Source: an uncultured Planctomycetota bacterium (GTDB lineage Bacteria; Planctomycetota; Planctomycetia; Isosphaerales; Isosphaeraceae). From it: a stretch of 64,000 nucleotides of DNA. The stretch is taken from contig CAVTTN010000002.1 in assembly GCA_963737655.1 (NCBI GenBank), forward strand, positions 5,792,001-5,856,000, given 5' to 3'. The translations under genes and the position numbers were made by a program. Positions 54,598-64,000 of this stretch are shown piece after piece; within the stretch, counting starts at the first letter, position 1; every line of letters begins with the position of its first letter. The notes under the pieces are model-generated. The model was not told where the DNA came from and made no database searches. It was given only the letters and a program-made list of their open reading frames with translations.

Positions 54598-55329
54598 ATG
54601 CGTAAAGCGCTGTTGGTCGTGGCGCTGGTCGCGGCCTCGTTCGCCGGGGGGGCGGCCGTCAACGGCCCGGGGCTGAAGTGGGCGAAGTCCGCCCTGGGCA
54701 GCCGGCTCCACGACTCCGAATCGATCCCCACGCTGGACGTCTCCGACGGTCCGCCGAAGCCCCGGCCGGACGAGGAGCCCGATCCCCCATCGGGTCGGGA
54801 CGCGATCCCCTCGACCCCCGCGCCTCCTCTGGGGAGCGACTTCAAGCCCAGGGACAGGCCGGCCGCCAGTGCCCCACCCCGTCCCAGGCCCGAACCCGAG
54901 GCCCCGCCGCGTCTTCAGGAAGAACCTCCGGCCGCCGATCATCCGGCTCCGGAACCCGTGAGGGCCCGGCCCGATCCCGCCCCCGAACCCCCACCCGTCG
55001 CCAATACCCCGAATCTCGCGGACCCCCCTCGCGACGATCCCGCCGTGTCCGCCACATCCGGCCCAAATCCCGCATCGTCCCCAGAACTCCCGGTGTCTCC
55101 ACCTTCGGCGTCCTGGGCCCTCCTCCGCAAGAAGATGGAGGGGCTGGGCGTGACCCGGTACTGGCTCGAAGGGGCGCCGGGGGGGCCGTCGGTCTTCCGG
55201 TGCTTCGTCCCCTTGGCCGGTTCGGATTCGGTCGGCCAGCAATTCCAGGCCGAGGGGGATGACGATCTCCAGGCCGCCGAGGCCGCCCTCCGGCGGATCG
55301 CCCTGTGGCGGGCCAGCGAACGGCCGTGA
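54598..55329 (+). CDS. Pro-rich secreted/membrane hypothetical protein
   Basis: N-terminal signal/TM; C-terminal W..LRKKMEGLGVTRYWLE..FRCFVP..QFQAEGDD domain. Confidence 0.75.
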   Translation: MRKALLVVALVAASFAGGAAVNGPGLKWAKSALGSRLHDSESIPTLDVSDGPPKPRPDEEPDPPSGRDAIPSTPAPPLGSDFKPRDRPAASAPPRPRPEPEAPPRLQEEPPAADHPAPEPVRARPDPAPEPPPVANTPNLADPPRDDPAVSATSGPNPASSPELPVSPPSASWALLRKKMEGLGVTRYWLEGAPGGPSVFRCFVPLAGSDSVGQQFQAEGDDDLQAAEAALRRIALWRASERP

Positions 55330-55439
55330 CCGGGCGAATGCCGGGCTTTCTTGTCGGAACCCGGCGATGGAGGGTAAGATGAACCGATCGTGAGGGGCTG
55401 TCCCCTCGACCCGTCCCGCAGCCGAAAGCAGGCCCGCCG

Positions 55440-55943
55440 ATGGCCGAGGACCCGCCGGAGAAAATGCTCCTGATCGTCACCGGGAGCACCCTCCGCGCCG
55501 AGGAGGTGGATCGGCCCCTGGCGTACTACCTGAAGCAGCAGGTCGAGGCGCGCCTGGCCGCGTCGTCGTCGTCCGAGCCGCCGCCGGTCCGGGTGATCGC
55601 CGACTTCCGCTGGCTCCACGAGGACGACCTCCAGAGGCTGCCGACGATCTCCCTGGGCGGCCCCGGCGTCAACGCCCTGGCCCAGAAGTGGCTGGAAGAC
55701 CTGCCGGTCTCCCTGGCCGTCGATGAGTTGTACTATATTCAAATGGATCCGGACCTGGACGAGCCCCGGGCCAGCATCTGGGGGATGGACAACCCGACCA
55801 CCCAGATCGCCACTTCGGCGTTCATCCAGAAGTTCCTGCCCCGATTCCTCGCGCGATCCTCGATCGCCCTGGACGAGCTGGAGGTCGGGCCGCCCGACCT
55901 CTCCGACGACGACGACGACCCGGACGTCGAGACCGATTCCTGA
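55440..55943 (+). CDS. hypothetical protein
   Basis: LIVTGSTLRAEEVDRPLAY, ISLGGPGVNAL, ASIWGMD; strong codon bias. Confidence 0.8.
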   Translation: MAEDPPEKMLLIVTGSTLRAEEVDRPLAYYLKQQVEARLAASSSSEPPPVRVIADFRWLHEDDLQRLPTISLGGPGVNALAQKWLEDLPVSLAVDELYYIQMDPDLDEPRASIWGMDNPTTQIATSAFIQKFLPRFLARSSIALDELEVGPPDLSDDDDDPDVETDS

Positions 55944-56178
55944 CCGCCCGCCCTCCGCTCGCTTGGCTCCCGTGGTTTTTTCGCAACTCGCCGCGCCCTC
56001 TCGATTTCGATGATGACCGCAAAGGAAGGCCCCCCGCGCCGTCGCGGCGGGCCCGAGACCGCCGGACCGGCCCTCGGGAGTGATCCCGGCCCTCGCCCCG
56101 GTCCGGGGCGCCCGCCCTCAGGACGAGGCGATGCGCCAGGCCCCAGACCGGAACCCCAAGGATGGGGGGAATCCACGC

Positions 56179-57281
56179 ATGCACGGCTTTCCCTGTCGAT
56201 GCCTCGTCCAAGCCCTGGCGGCCTCGCTGCTGACGGCCGCCGTGTCCCTCGGATTCCCGGGCTCGTCCCGGCCCAGGCCCCGCCGTCGAAGCCCTGGACG
56301 ATCGCCCATCGGTCGATCGGCCAGGGCCGGGCCTCCGGGCGGTTCTGGCAGATCGATTACTGGCTCCGCAACGATGGCGAGGAGCCGGCGACGATCCGGC
56401 CCGAGTCCGTGGCCGCGACGCTCGACGGCCTGGTGTCGAACTCCCGGGTCGCCGCCCATGCCTCGCCCCGGCCCTCGAAGATCGCGGTCTCGGGGTCGTC
56501 CGGGCTCTGCGGGACGAGCGAGGTCATCGCGTCGTCCGACGACGCCCGGCGATGCCGGGAGAAGGCCGTCCTCCAGGCATGGCCGGCGGCCCGGGGAGAC
56601 GACCCGCCCGAGCCGGTGTCCAAGGCCACCGTCCGCCTCGTCGCCCTGACCGAGCAGCCGTCGTGGACCGTCCCGCCCGGAGGCGTCCTGCGGGTCCGCC
56701 TGAGGCTGGAGCACGACCACTTCCTGTATGGCCCGTATGAGCCGCTGCTCGGCCCGAGGACCCTGGCGATGAAACTCGGGGGCGCCTCGCTCCGCGACGT
56801 CCTGCCGCTGGACCGCGAGGGCAGGATCGACCCGCCCGACTCGCCCCCCTGGCCCGGACCCGGCGACCCCCCGGCCGATCGCCGCGACCACCGAGTGTTC
56901 GTCTCGGCGCCGGACAGCCTCCACCTGGAAGCCCACGTCCCGGGCGACCAGTCGTATCGATTCAAGGAATGCCCGGTCAAGTATGGCTCAAGGATGAGGC
57001 TCCGCTACTGGTACCTGGTCTCCCCCGGCACCGAAGGGGATTGCAAGGCCCGGATCGTCCAGTACCGAGACGCCCCGACCGCCTGGAAGATCCTCTCCGA
57101 CGGCGACATCGACCAGGTCCTGGCCGCCCGAGGGCGATGGACGAAGGTGGAACGGATCTTCCGGACCGAATCCGAGGCCACGACGCTGACCCTGGAGTTC
57201 CGCCTCCTCGGCGACGTCGGCGAGATGTGGATCGACGACGTGAGCCTCGAACCGCTCGACGAGGAATCCCACATCCCGTAG
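56179..57281 (+). CDS. secreted hypothetical protein (frameshift near 56270)
   Basis: signal-like start MHGFPCRCLVQALAASLL joins ORF 56010-57281; ends WIDDVSLE (CBM-like). Confidence 0.7.
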
Positions 57282-57405
57282 GGTGCATGAAATGCACCAA
57301 CGTCAGGCGGCCCAAGGCCGCCCTCCGCTCTCTCCTCGTCTCATCAAGAAGCCAAGGTGGTGGGCGGCCTTGCCGCCGCATGTTGGTGCATTTCATGCAC
57401 CCTAC
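57278..57405. repeat. REPIN-like doublet, family A
   Basis: GTAGGGTGCATGAAATGCACC at 57278 and perfect inverse at 57385-57405. Confidence 0.92.
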
Positions 57406-57920
57406 TTGCGGGGCACCGGCGTCCCGCAGGCCCGGCAGGCCTCGGCGCCGAGGTGGACGGGCAGGCCGCATCGAGGGCAGACTCGGAGGCCGACCTCGTC
57501 CCGGACCGGCGGCGGAGGGGCGGCGATCGCGGCCCCTCCGCCGGACCTGGCCCGGTGGTCGGCCGCCCAGCGGTCGAGCATCGCGCGATCGACGGCGCTG
57601 AGTTCCTCGGTCGGGGCCTCGGGGTGGCCCGACGGCCGGTTCGGCGCCAGGTCGGTCTTCGGCACCGGGACGACCGTCTTGCAATCGGGACACTGGCCGT
57701 GGCTCGGCGGGTCGATCGCATCGACCTTCAGCCGCCTCCCGCACGGGCAGAAGAATCGGAGGAAGCCGTCGGGCGAGAACTGCGTCGCCTCCAGGGCCGA
57801 GCTCGACGGGCCCTTCACTCGGATGCGCACCTTGGCACCGCAACTGGGGCAGGTCACCCGTTCCGAGGGGTCGCTCGGGATCGGCAGGTCCTGGCCGCAT
57901 CGGCAGACGGCGCGGGGCAT
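57402..57920 (-). CDS. multi-zinc-ribbon protein
   Basis: CRCG..CPSCG; CPCG..CPDC; CPRCG..CRACG. Confidence 0.8.
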   Translation of the reverse strand: MPRAVCRCGQDLPIPSDPSERVTCPSCGAKVRIRVKGPSSSALEATQFSPDGFLRFFCPCGRRLKVDAIDPPSHGQCPDCKTVVPVPKTDLAPNRPSGHPEAPTEELSAVDRAMLDRWAADHRARSGGGAAIAAPPPPVRDEVGLRVCPRCGLPVHLGAEACRACGTPVPRK

Positions 57921-58022
57921 CGCGAGGGGGTCCTTCGGCTCGGGGAGGAAGAGGCGGGGCGGACCATCATCAGGCGAGAGCTCAACGGCAGGCTTCCCCC
58001 TCGGCACTCAGCACTCCGAGGC

Positions 58023-58890
58023 TCAGGCGTGGAAGGCCATCGCGGAGGGCTTCTGGAGGCTTTCCAGGGGGATCACCGCGTTCATGCTGCCGGAGCGGAA
58101 GCCGTCGAGGTCCAGCGTCACATACTTGAAGCCCAGGGCGCGGAAAGCGGCGGTCAGCTCGTCGCGAACCCCGGGGGCGGCCAGGGCGGGAAGTTCCTCG
58201 GCCGGGACTTCGATCCGGGCGAGATCGCCCTTGTGGTAGCGGACCCTCAGCAGCCTCAGCCCCCGCCGCCTCAGCCACATCTCGGCCGAGTCGATCATCT
58301 TGACCCGCTCCGGGGTGACCTCCTCGCCGTAGGCGATCCGGCTGGACAGGCAGGGCGTCGCCGGCTTGTCCCAGGTCGGCAGGCCCCAGGACTTCGCCAG
58401 GGCCCGGACCCGGTCCTTGGTCAGCCCGCATTCCAGCAACGGGTGGCGGACCGCGTTCTCCCCCGCCGCGCATCCCGGGGCGATGGTCCCCGGCGTCGTC
58501 GGCGTTCGCCCCGGAGGCGATCACGTCCACCTCCAAAGCGCCGAGCAGGGAGGAGAGCCGGCCGTACAGCTCGCTCTTGCAGAAGTAGCAACGATCGGGG
58601 TTGTTCCGCAGATAATTCGGGTCGGCGAACTCCTCGGTGCGGATCACCCGATGGCGGATGCCGATCTGGCGGGCCAGGGCCTCGGCGTCTTCCAGCTCGC
58701 CCGAGGCGAGGCTGTCCGAGACCGCCGTGACGGCCACGGCCGACTCCCCGAGGGCCAGGTGGGCCGCCTGGGCGACCACCGCACTATCGACCCCGCCGGA
58801 GAAGGCCACCGCCACCCGGCCGTAACCCCGGAGGGTCGCCAGGAGCCGCTGGCGGTCCTGGTCGAGTTCGGGGTCAGTCTTATCGGCCAC
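58023..58890 (-). CDS. larE: ATP-dependent sulfur transferase LarE (frameshift near 58460)
   Basis: AFSGGVDS PP-loop, RCYFCK, DHRPG, WDKPATPCLSSR, GFRSGSMN. Confidence 0.92.
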
Positions 58891-59078
58891 GGCGCACCTC
58901 CCTCGGTCCGGCGAACTTGCGGCCAGAATCCTCGATGCCCATTGTAGAGGGGCGGAGGCCGGGGCATCAAGCCATTGGCCCGCATTCCGCGGTCGGCGAG
59001 GTCCCTGAATCCGCGGGATCTCCCAGGCCCGGGGCAGACTCGTTGTCCGGCCGATCGCGGACCGCCGAAAGCCGACCG

Positions 59079-59429
59079 CTAGAGCCCGTCGGTCCCGGGG
59101 TCTTCGTTCATCATGGCTTCGAGCCTCGCCACGTACCGCCCGAGGATCGCCTCCTGGGCCTCGGGCGGAAGGTCGCAAAGGTAGAGCACCGCCGCGTTAA
59201 TGGCCGCTTCATTCGTGAGCTTCCGGCCGCGGAAGCCGACGCGCCTCGCCGCGCCCATCCGCGCCACCAGGAGCTTCAGCCCATCGCAAATCTCGGGCAA
59301 CGACCGGCTAGTCAGGCGATATTCCTGCGAGAAGTCGCGGCGGGATGCGGACTTCTCCGACCGGGCGGACTGGTCGTGCGCCCTCTCGTCCCGGGCCGTT
59401 TCCAGAGCTACCGTCACTGTCCTCGTCAT
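59079..59429 (-). CDS. hypothetical small protein
   Basis: 116 aa, GAGG upstream, predicted helical. Confidence 0.6.
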   Translation of the reverse strand: MTRTVTVALETARDERAHDQSARSEKSASRRDFSQEYRLTSRSLPEICDGLKLLVARMGAARRVGFRGRKLTNEAAINAAVLYLCDLPPEAQEAILGRYVARLEAMMNEDPGTDGL

Positions 59430-59649
59430 TGCCTCGCCCCCTCGCCTCGACAGAGTCCATGAACGCCATCGCGCGACGCCTGAGACAATGACCAGACCTC
59501 AAACGCGGCGCCTCTCCACCATGTCATGATGGATGGTATAGACGCGCCAGGGTCGGGATCAACCCAAAGCAGCGAATATCCGACGAAATTGCCTAATTTG
59601 GATCAAGCAGGCCAAAAACGAATCGGGCCGGGCCTCGGGCTTCGATCCC

Positions 59650-59847
59650 TCAGCGAGAGTCGTGGAATTGAGGGCCGAGGTGGTTGCCATCGACGATGTC
59701 CACGAACATCGCCACCCACTCGGGATGGTCCGGCCAGGGTTTCTCCAGGACCTCCACCGGCCGGGCCGGGGCCTTCCTCGGAGGGTCGGACGCCAGCGCC
59801 GGGGCCGCGAGGCCGAGCAGGGCAATAGCCAGGATCGATCGCTTCAT
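59650..59847 (-). pseudogene. truncated secreted protein (N-terminal remnant)
   Basis: signal peptide MKRSILAIALLGLAAPALA, then PWPDHPEWVAMFVDIVDGNHLGP and an early stop at a change to lower-GC sequence. Confidence 0.55.
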
Positions 59848-59891
59848 GGCGAGTCTCTCCAAAGCGTGTCTCGGTCGAGCCCCGAAGATTC

Positions 59892-59978
59892 GGGTGGCAT
59901 GCCTACGGCTTCGTAGGCATGTCTTTGACCGATGGCCAGGGGTTCGGACATGCCTACGCAGACGTAGGCATGCCACCC
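59892..59978. repeat. REPIN-like inverted repeat, family C
   Basis: GGGTGGCATGCCTACG..CGTAGGCATGCCACCC. Confidence 0.88.
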
Positions 59979-60021
59979 AAAATCCGCGCGTCAAAGCGGC
60001 CGAGCGGGGCTCTGCGACGGC

Positions 60022-61380
60022 CTATCGCTCCAGGCGCAGCCCGGCCGATTCGGTCAGGCGGTCGAAGAACGCGGCCTCGGTGACCTGGAAGACGATCTCG
60101 GCCGTCTGCTTGTCGGTGAAGTGCTTGCGGAGGGCGGCGATGTCGTCGTCCTCGATCCTCGCCGGGTCGGTGGTGAGCTTCTTAGCCAGGGAGACCACGG
60201 CCTTCTGCGCCGGGTCGAGGCCGTCGCCGGGGCCGTCGAGGGCGAAGATCGCGTCGTCGGACTGCCCGAGGTCGAGCAGGCGTTGCCGGGCGTGCCCGAG
60301 GGCATACCAGGCGCGATCGTTCCTCGCGGCGACCCAGGAGATCCTCGCCTTGGTCAGGGCGTCGAGCGTGCCCTTGTCCTCGCTCGCGCGGTGCATGGCG
60401 ACCCTCGCCGGACCGGCCTTGGGGAACGTGGCCAGCAAGCGGACCCACTGCGGCAAGGGGCCGCTCGGCCACTCGCCCGAGAGCAAGGGACGGGCGGCCT
60501 CATCGGCCACGAGCGGGAGGCGGGGCGCCCGGGCGCGGGCGGCGTTCAGGGCCTTTTCGACCTCCTCTCGCGATTCCAGAGCGGGGCGTTGCGACGGCCG
60601 GGCGCACGTCGGGGCCGTCTTCGAGCGAGTCGGGTCGAGCGGGGCGTTCGTGCTCTCGGCATCGCGGAACTTCGCCGACGTGGGCGAGAGGTAGACCCGG
60701 TGCTCCTCCTGGGGGATGCGCAGGGCCCCGGTCCAGCGGTTCATCGCGTTGAAGTTGCCCGTCACGAGCAGGATCTCGAGGATCTGCGGGCCCGTGAAAT
60801 GCTCCCGGAGGCGGGCGATGTCCTCGTCGCGGACGTTCTCGGGCTCGAAGGTGACCTTGCGGGTGAAGGCGAAGGCGGCGCGTTCGGCCGGGGTGAACTC
60901 GGACCAGTCGCCGTCGAGGGCGGCGATCCGGTCCTCCTCCATCCCGGTGGCGGCGAGCTTCGCCTCCTGGTGGCCCATGCAATAGGTGCAGTTATTGGCG
61001 CGCGAGACGATCCAGAACAGCGTCGTCTGGAACGGGTAGCCGAGCGTCATCGCCGGGTCGGGCTCGCGGACGAACCCGCCGCCGGTGACCTCCTTGGGCA
61101 GGTAGAACTGCCTCATCCGGCCGTTGTTGACGATCCCCGGCCCCAGCCCGCCCCCCTTCGCCGAGGCGTCCGCCGGCCGTTTCGCCTGAGCCTCCTGCTC
61201 GGGCGAGAGCGGGGGCAGAGGGAGCCGGGGGACGTTCCTCTTCGAGTCTTCGAGGGCCTTCTTGAGGTCGGGCCGAGTGGCCGGGACCGTCGGCGCCCCC
61301 CGGCTCGCCGGGTCGTCGGCCCGAGCCGCCCCCGCCATCGCGAGGGCCACCGCCACCGCCTGAAATCTTCTTGCGAACAT
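60022..61380 (-). CDS. secreted tandem carboxymuconolactone decarboxylase / AhpD-like protein
   Basis: signal peptide; VSRANNCTYCMGH in domain 1; degenerate second domain ARNDRAWYALGH. Confidence 0.85.
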   Translation of the reverse strand: MFARRFQAVAVALAMAGAARADDPASRGAPTVPATRPDLKKALEDSKRNVPRLPLPPLSPEQEAQAKRPADASAKGGGLGPGIVNNGRMRQFYLPKEVTGGGFVREPDPAMTLGYPFQTTLFWIVSRANNCTYCMGHQEAKLAATGMEEDRIAALDGDWSEFTPAERAAFAFTRKVTFEPENVRDEDIARLREHFTGPQILEILLVTGNFNAMNRWTGALRIPQEEHRVYLSPTSAKFRDAESTNAPLDPTRSKTAPTCARPSQRPALESREEVEKALNAARARAPRLPLVADEAARPLLSGEWPSGPLPQWVRLLATFPKAGPARVAMHRASEDKGTLDALTKARISWVAARNDRAWYALGHARQRLLDLGQSDDAIFALDGPGDGLDPAQKAVVSLAKKLTTDPARIEDDDIAALRKHFTDKQTAEIVFQVTEAAFFDRLTESAGLRLER

Positions 61381-61426
61381 GCGTCGATGCTCCTCGAATT
61401 GGGGCCGATTGCCATCCCAGATGCGA

Positions 61427-61810
61427 TCAATCCTGACGGGAGACGACGACGACCGGGTCGGTCGAGACGCGGTACTCGACCCGCCTGACGACCGGCTTCT
61501 TCCCGGCGAGGGCGAGGGTCAAGGCGACGGGGAAGCTCCTCTCGCCGACGACCTCTCGCCCCTCGCCGTCGATCCGGTAATCCACCAGCTTCGTCCCGGC
61601 CTTCCAGTCCTCGTCGGCCACGCGGACCGGCGGGTTCTTCGACGACGGGGCGTCGAACGGCTCCCCCTTCTTCCACGACTCCAGGGCGTCGGCCAGCGCC
61701 ACCTTCGCCATCGCCGGGTCGGCCGGCTTCGACGGCGCCCCGTCCCCGCAACCGGCCGAGGCGAGCAGCACCGCGAGGCCCGACAGACTCAAGAACCGAT
61801 TCATTTTCAT
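61427..61810 (-). CDS. lipoprotein typically following DUF1559 genes
   Basis: lipobox ASAGC; ALADALESWKKG, VADEDW..G..LVDY, YRVSTDP. Confidence 0.82.
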   Translation of the reverse strand: MKMNRFLSLSGLAVLLASAGCGDGAPSKPADPAMAKVALADALESWKKGEPFDAPSSKNPPVRVADEDWKAGTKLVDYRIDGEGREVVGERSFPVALTLALAGKKPVVRRVEYRVSTDPVVVVSRQD

Positions 61811-61860
61811 CGCAAAATCCCCCGATTCTCGGCGATCCCGGTTCGATGGGTCGGGGATGA

Positions 61861-61948
61861 TCCGCGGGGGACGCAGAAGGACGCAGATCAAAGCCACAAG
61901 TTTATGGAAATCTTTTCCCGATCTGCGTCCTTCTGCGTCCTCCGCGGA
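61861..61948. repeat. inverted repeat related in architecture to family D
   Basis: TCCGCGGGGGACGCAGAAGGACGCAGATC..GATCTGCGTCCTTCTGCGTCCTCCGCGGA. Confidence 0.85.
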
Positions 61949-61965
61949 TCGATCCTCCTCCCCGA

Positions 61966-62964
61966 TCAATTCGCGGCGTCGCCCGGGACGATCTCGCCGG
62001 AGGACCGGGTCCCGATGGCCCTCCAGGTGGCGATGTTGATCCCGTCCTTGAAGAACTTGACCGAGCCGTCGGCCATCCCCACGTTCACGCCTCCGGGGTG
62101 GTTGCTGTTGGCCGTGGTCATGATCCGGGACGGCGGGAACATGCACGACCGCCCGTTGGGCGGGCCGGAATGCCAGTAGCACGTGGTCGAGTGATAGCCA
62201 TAAATCCACGGCGCCCCGACGTCGGAGACGCCCTGGAGGCTCAGGTCGAAGACGTTGGTCGCCTTGCAGAGGGCGACGGCCTGGTCGGGCGTGGCGGGAT
62301 AGGTGCCGGGGCGGAAGGTGTCGGACCGTTCCGACGACAGGTTCTGATTGAAGTCCCCCTTGAGGTGCTCGCTGAAGGCGGCCGTGTTGCTCGTGCCATC
62401 GACGATGTCCGCCAGCCGGACGTTCATGTTCGCGAAGAACAGGCCGTTGGGCTCGGGCATCCCCGCGTTCACGCCGGCCGTGTCGCTGACGCCGTACCAC
62501 ATCACGACACTCGTGCCCTCGTTCGCTCGGTAGTTCGTCCCGGCCCAGCCGTTGGGGATCACGGTCTTGTTGTCCGACGGGCAGAGCAGGACCGACAGCG
62601 ACGAGCCGTACGCCGTGCCGTTGGCCGGCGCCAGGTACGGGAGGCTGAAGTTCAGCGAGGCCGCGATGTTCCCCTGCTCGATGTAGGGCAGGATCCGGGC
62701 GAACGGCGAGAACGAGAAGTCGTAAACGCCATAGCCCGGCGGCGGGTTCGGCACCACCACGCGACCCGGAGGCAGCGTGCCCTGGGTGTCGTGATAGTTG
62801 TGCATGGCCAGCCCGAGCTGCTTCAAGTTGTTCACGCACTGGGCCCGCCGGGCGGCCTCTCGGGCCGCCTGGACCGCCGGCAGGAGCAGCGCGATCAGCA
62901 CGCCGATGATCGCGATCACCACCAGGAGCTCGATCAGAGTGAAGCCGGATCGACGACGAGACAT
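61966..62964 (-). CDS. DUF1559 (prepilin-type N-terminus, H-X9-DG C-terminus) protein
   Basis: [51 protein letters not shown]. Confidence 0.96.
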   Translation of the reverse strand: MSRRRSGFTLIELLVVIAIIGVLIALLLPAVQAAREAARRAQCVNNLKQLGLAMHNYHDTQGTLPPGRVVVPNPPPGYGVYDFSFSPFARILPYIEQGNIAASLNFSLPYLAPANGTAYGSSLSVLLCPSDNKTVIPNGWAGTNYRANEGTSVVMWYGVSDTAGVNAGMPEPNGLFFANMNVRLADIVDGTSNTAAFSEHLKGDFNQNLSSERSDTFRPGTYPATPDQAVALCKATNVFDLSLQGVSDVGAPWIYGYHSTTCYWHSGPPNGRSCMFPPSRIMTTANSNHPGGVNVGMADGSVKFFKDGINIATWRAIGTRSSGEIVPGDAAN

Positions 62965-63188
62965 GTCAGAACCTCCGAAAAAAGTTCAATAATAAATGCG
63001 TGGGAATGCGCGGACGGCGAACGCATCGCGTCCGGGCGCGAGAACGAGGCGATCACGGAATCCCGGGAGGCATGCCCACGGCATCGGTGAGCATGGGCCG
63101 ACCGGCCCGCCGACGAAGGCAGGTCCGCGCACAGCCAGGGCCGGCACGCCGCCCGGGGAATCCGCCGTGGAACGCTTGCGAGCCTGGG

Positions 63189-63299
63189 CTAGGCCATCAG
63201 GACCGAGACGCCCAGGGTGAGCAGGGTCGCCGCGATCAGGGCCAGGCCGCAGAGCCGGGAGAAGCGCTCGTCGACGGGCTTCGAGAATCGGTAGGTCAT
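63189..63299 (-). CDS. 36-aa single-TM peptide (below ORF-track cutoff)
   Basis: MTYRFSKPVDERFSRLCGLALIAATLLTLGVSVLMA*; GGAGGG 7 nt upstream; GC3-rich codons. Confidence 0.6.
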   Translation of the reverse strand: MTYRFSKPVDERFSRLCGLALIAATLLTLGVSVLMA

Positions 63300-63461
63300 C
63301 GTTCCACCCTCCGCCCGGGCGCCACGGTCCCCGGGACGGGGCATGGGTCGGCGCCGGGGCCTCTGGTAATGAGGCCGGTTCGCTCGTTCGTCAGGGTCAC
63401 GCGGGAAGACAGCACGACCGGGCCGATCGCGAGGGATGAATGGAGCGATCGACTCGGCGGA

Positions 63462-63878
63462 TCATCCGAGGGACGACGAGCGGGGCGGGTGGAAGATCGA
63501 GGCGGCTCGGCGGTCGGGCCGGGCCTCGCGTTCGGGAGGGGGCAGAGGGGCGGGATTCGGCGAGACGGCGGCTTCGGGCGTCGCCAGGCAGGCCCACGGC
63601 TCGACGCCGAAGGCGGCCGTCACGGGCATCACCGGGGGGGCCGCCGGAGGCTTCGAGCACATCGGCCCGGAGCACGGCTTCGGCCTCTCCGACGGCATCG
63701 GCTCGGCCTCGGGCATCGCGCCGGCCGAGACGAGCTGCTCGAAATGGGCGAGCCCCGGTCCGGGGTGATCGCAACCCGCGAGGGCCGATCCGCCCGAGAG
63801 CGCCAGCGAGCCGGCCAGGAGCGTCAACAACGCCCCTACCGCGATCCTCGCCAGACGTCCCGGAGACCAGCCCCGCAT
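63462..63878 (-). CDS. putative leader protein: signal peptide, Cys motif, C-terminal IFHPPR
   Basis: hydrophobic signal ending ALA-GCDH; PCSGPMCS; Pro-rich spacer; ..ASIFHPPRSSSLG*. Confidence 0.7.
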   Translation of the reverse strand: MRGWSPGRLARIAVGALLTLLAGSLALSGGSALAGCDHPGPGLAHFEQLVSAGAMPEAEPMPSERPKPCSGPMCSKPPAAPPVMPVTAAFGVEPWACLATPEAAVSPNPAPLPPPEREARPDRRAASIFHPPRSSSLG

Positions 63879-64000
63879 GCCGGGCCTCGTTCGATTCGAA
63901 AATGTCGGAAGGATCTCGCCCGAAATGGAGGGCGAACCGGAGGGGATTCCGCCACAATCTAATCGGCCCGGATCGGCCGATCAAGGAAATCTTTCTCCGA

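Noticed and set aside
61427..62839. 470-aa ORF overlapping DUF1559
   Set aside because: Only the last 127 aa (lipoprotein from ATG 61810) look real
62965..63460. Cobalamin or other known riboswitch upstream of DUF1559
   Set aside because: No recognisable conserved core on the coding strand by eye; an Rfam scan is still advisable

Overview
High-GC bacterial chromosome segment, very probably a planctomycete of the Isosphaeraceae type (DUF1559, PEP-CTERM, Ser/Thr kinase-TPR proteins and dnaN-dciA-gyrB order; taxonomy is inferred). It covers the replication core (gyrA, dnaN, dciA, gyrB, a separate dnaA) interleaved with about five toxin-antitoxin or defence-like cassettes, two Ser/Thr kinases, a SWIM-SNF2 helicase, carbohydrate enzymes, LarE, a cysteine desulfurase and, at the right end, a DUF1559-lipoprotein-AhpD-like operon preceded by two small leader ORFs. 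At least 14 genes, including essential gyrA and gyrB, have 1-bp frameshifts, mostly in G/C runs, which I read as long-read assembly errors; CDS coordinates below are reconstructed across them. I saw no rRNA, tRNA, CRISPR array or transposase. Best leads: (1) a signal-peptide/Cys/FHPPR leader ORF plus an unannotated 36-aa membrane peptide ahead of the DUF1559 operon, a candidate arrest-peptide sensor; (2) five or more families of REP/REPIN-like palindromes, several of which supply stop codons to genes; (3) a near-identical 102-bp TPR array with site-specific hypervariable codons; (4) a candidate oriC with non-canonical DnaA boxes upstream of dnaN; (5) two in-frame TAG codons at conserved Tyr positions. 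All family names come from motif recognition, not database searches.
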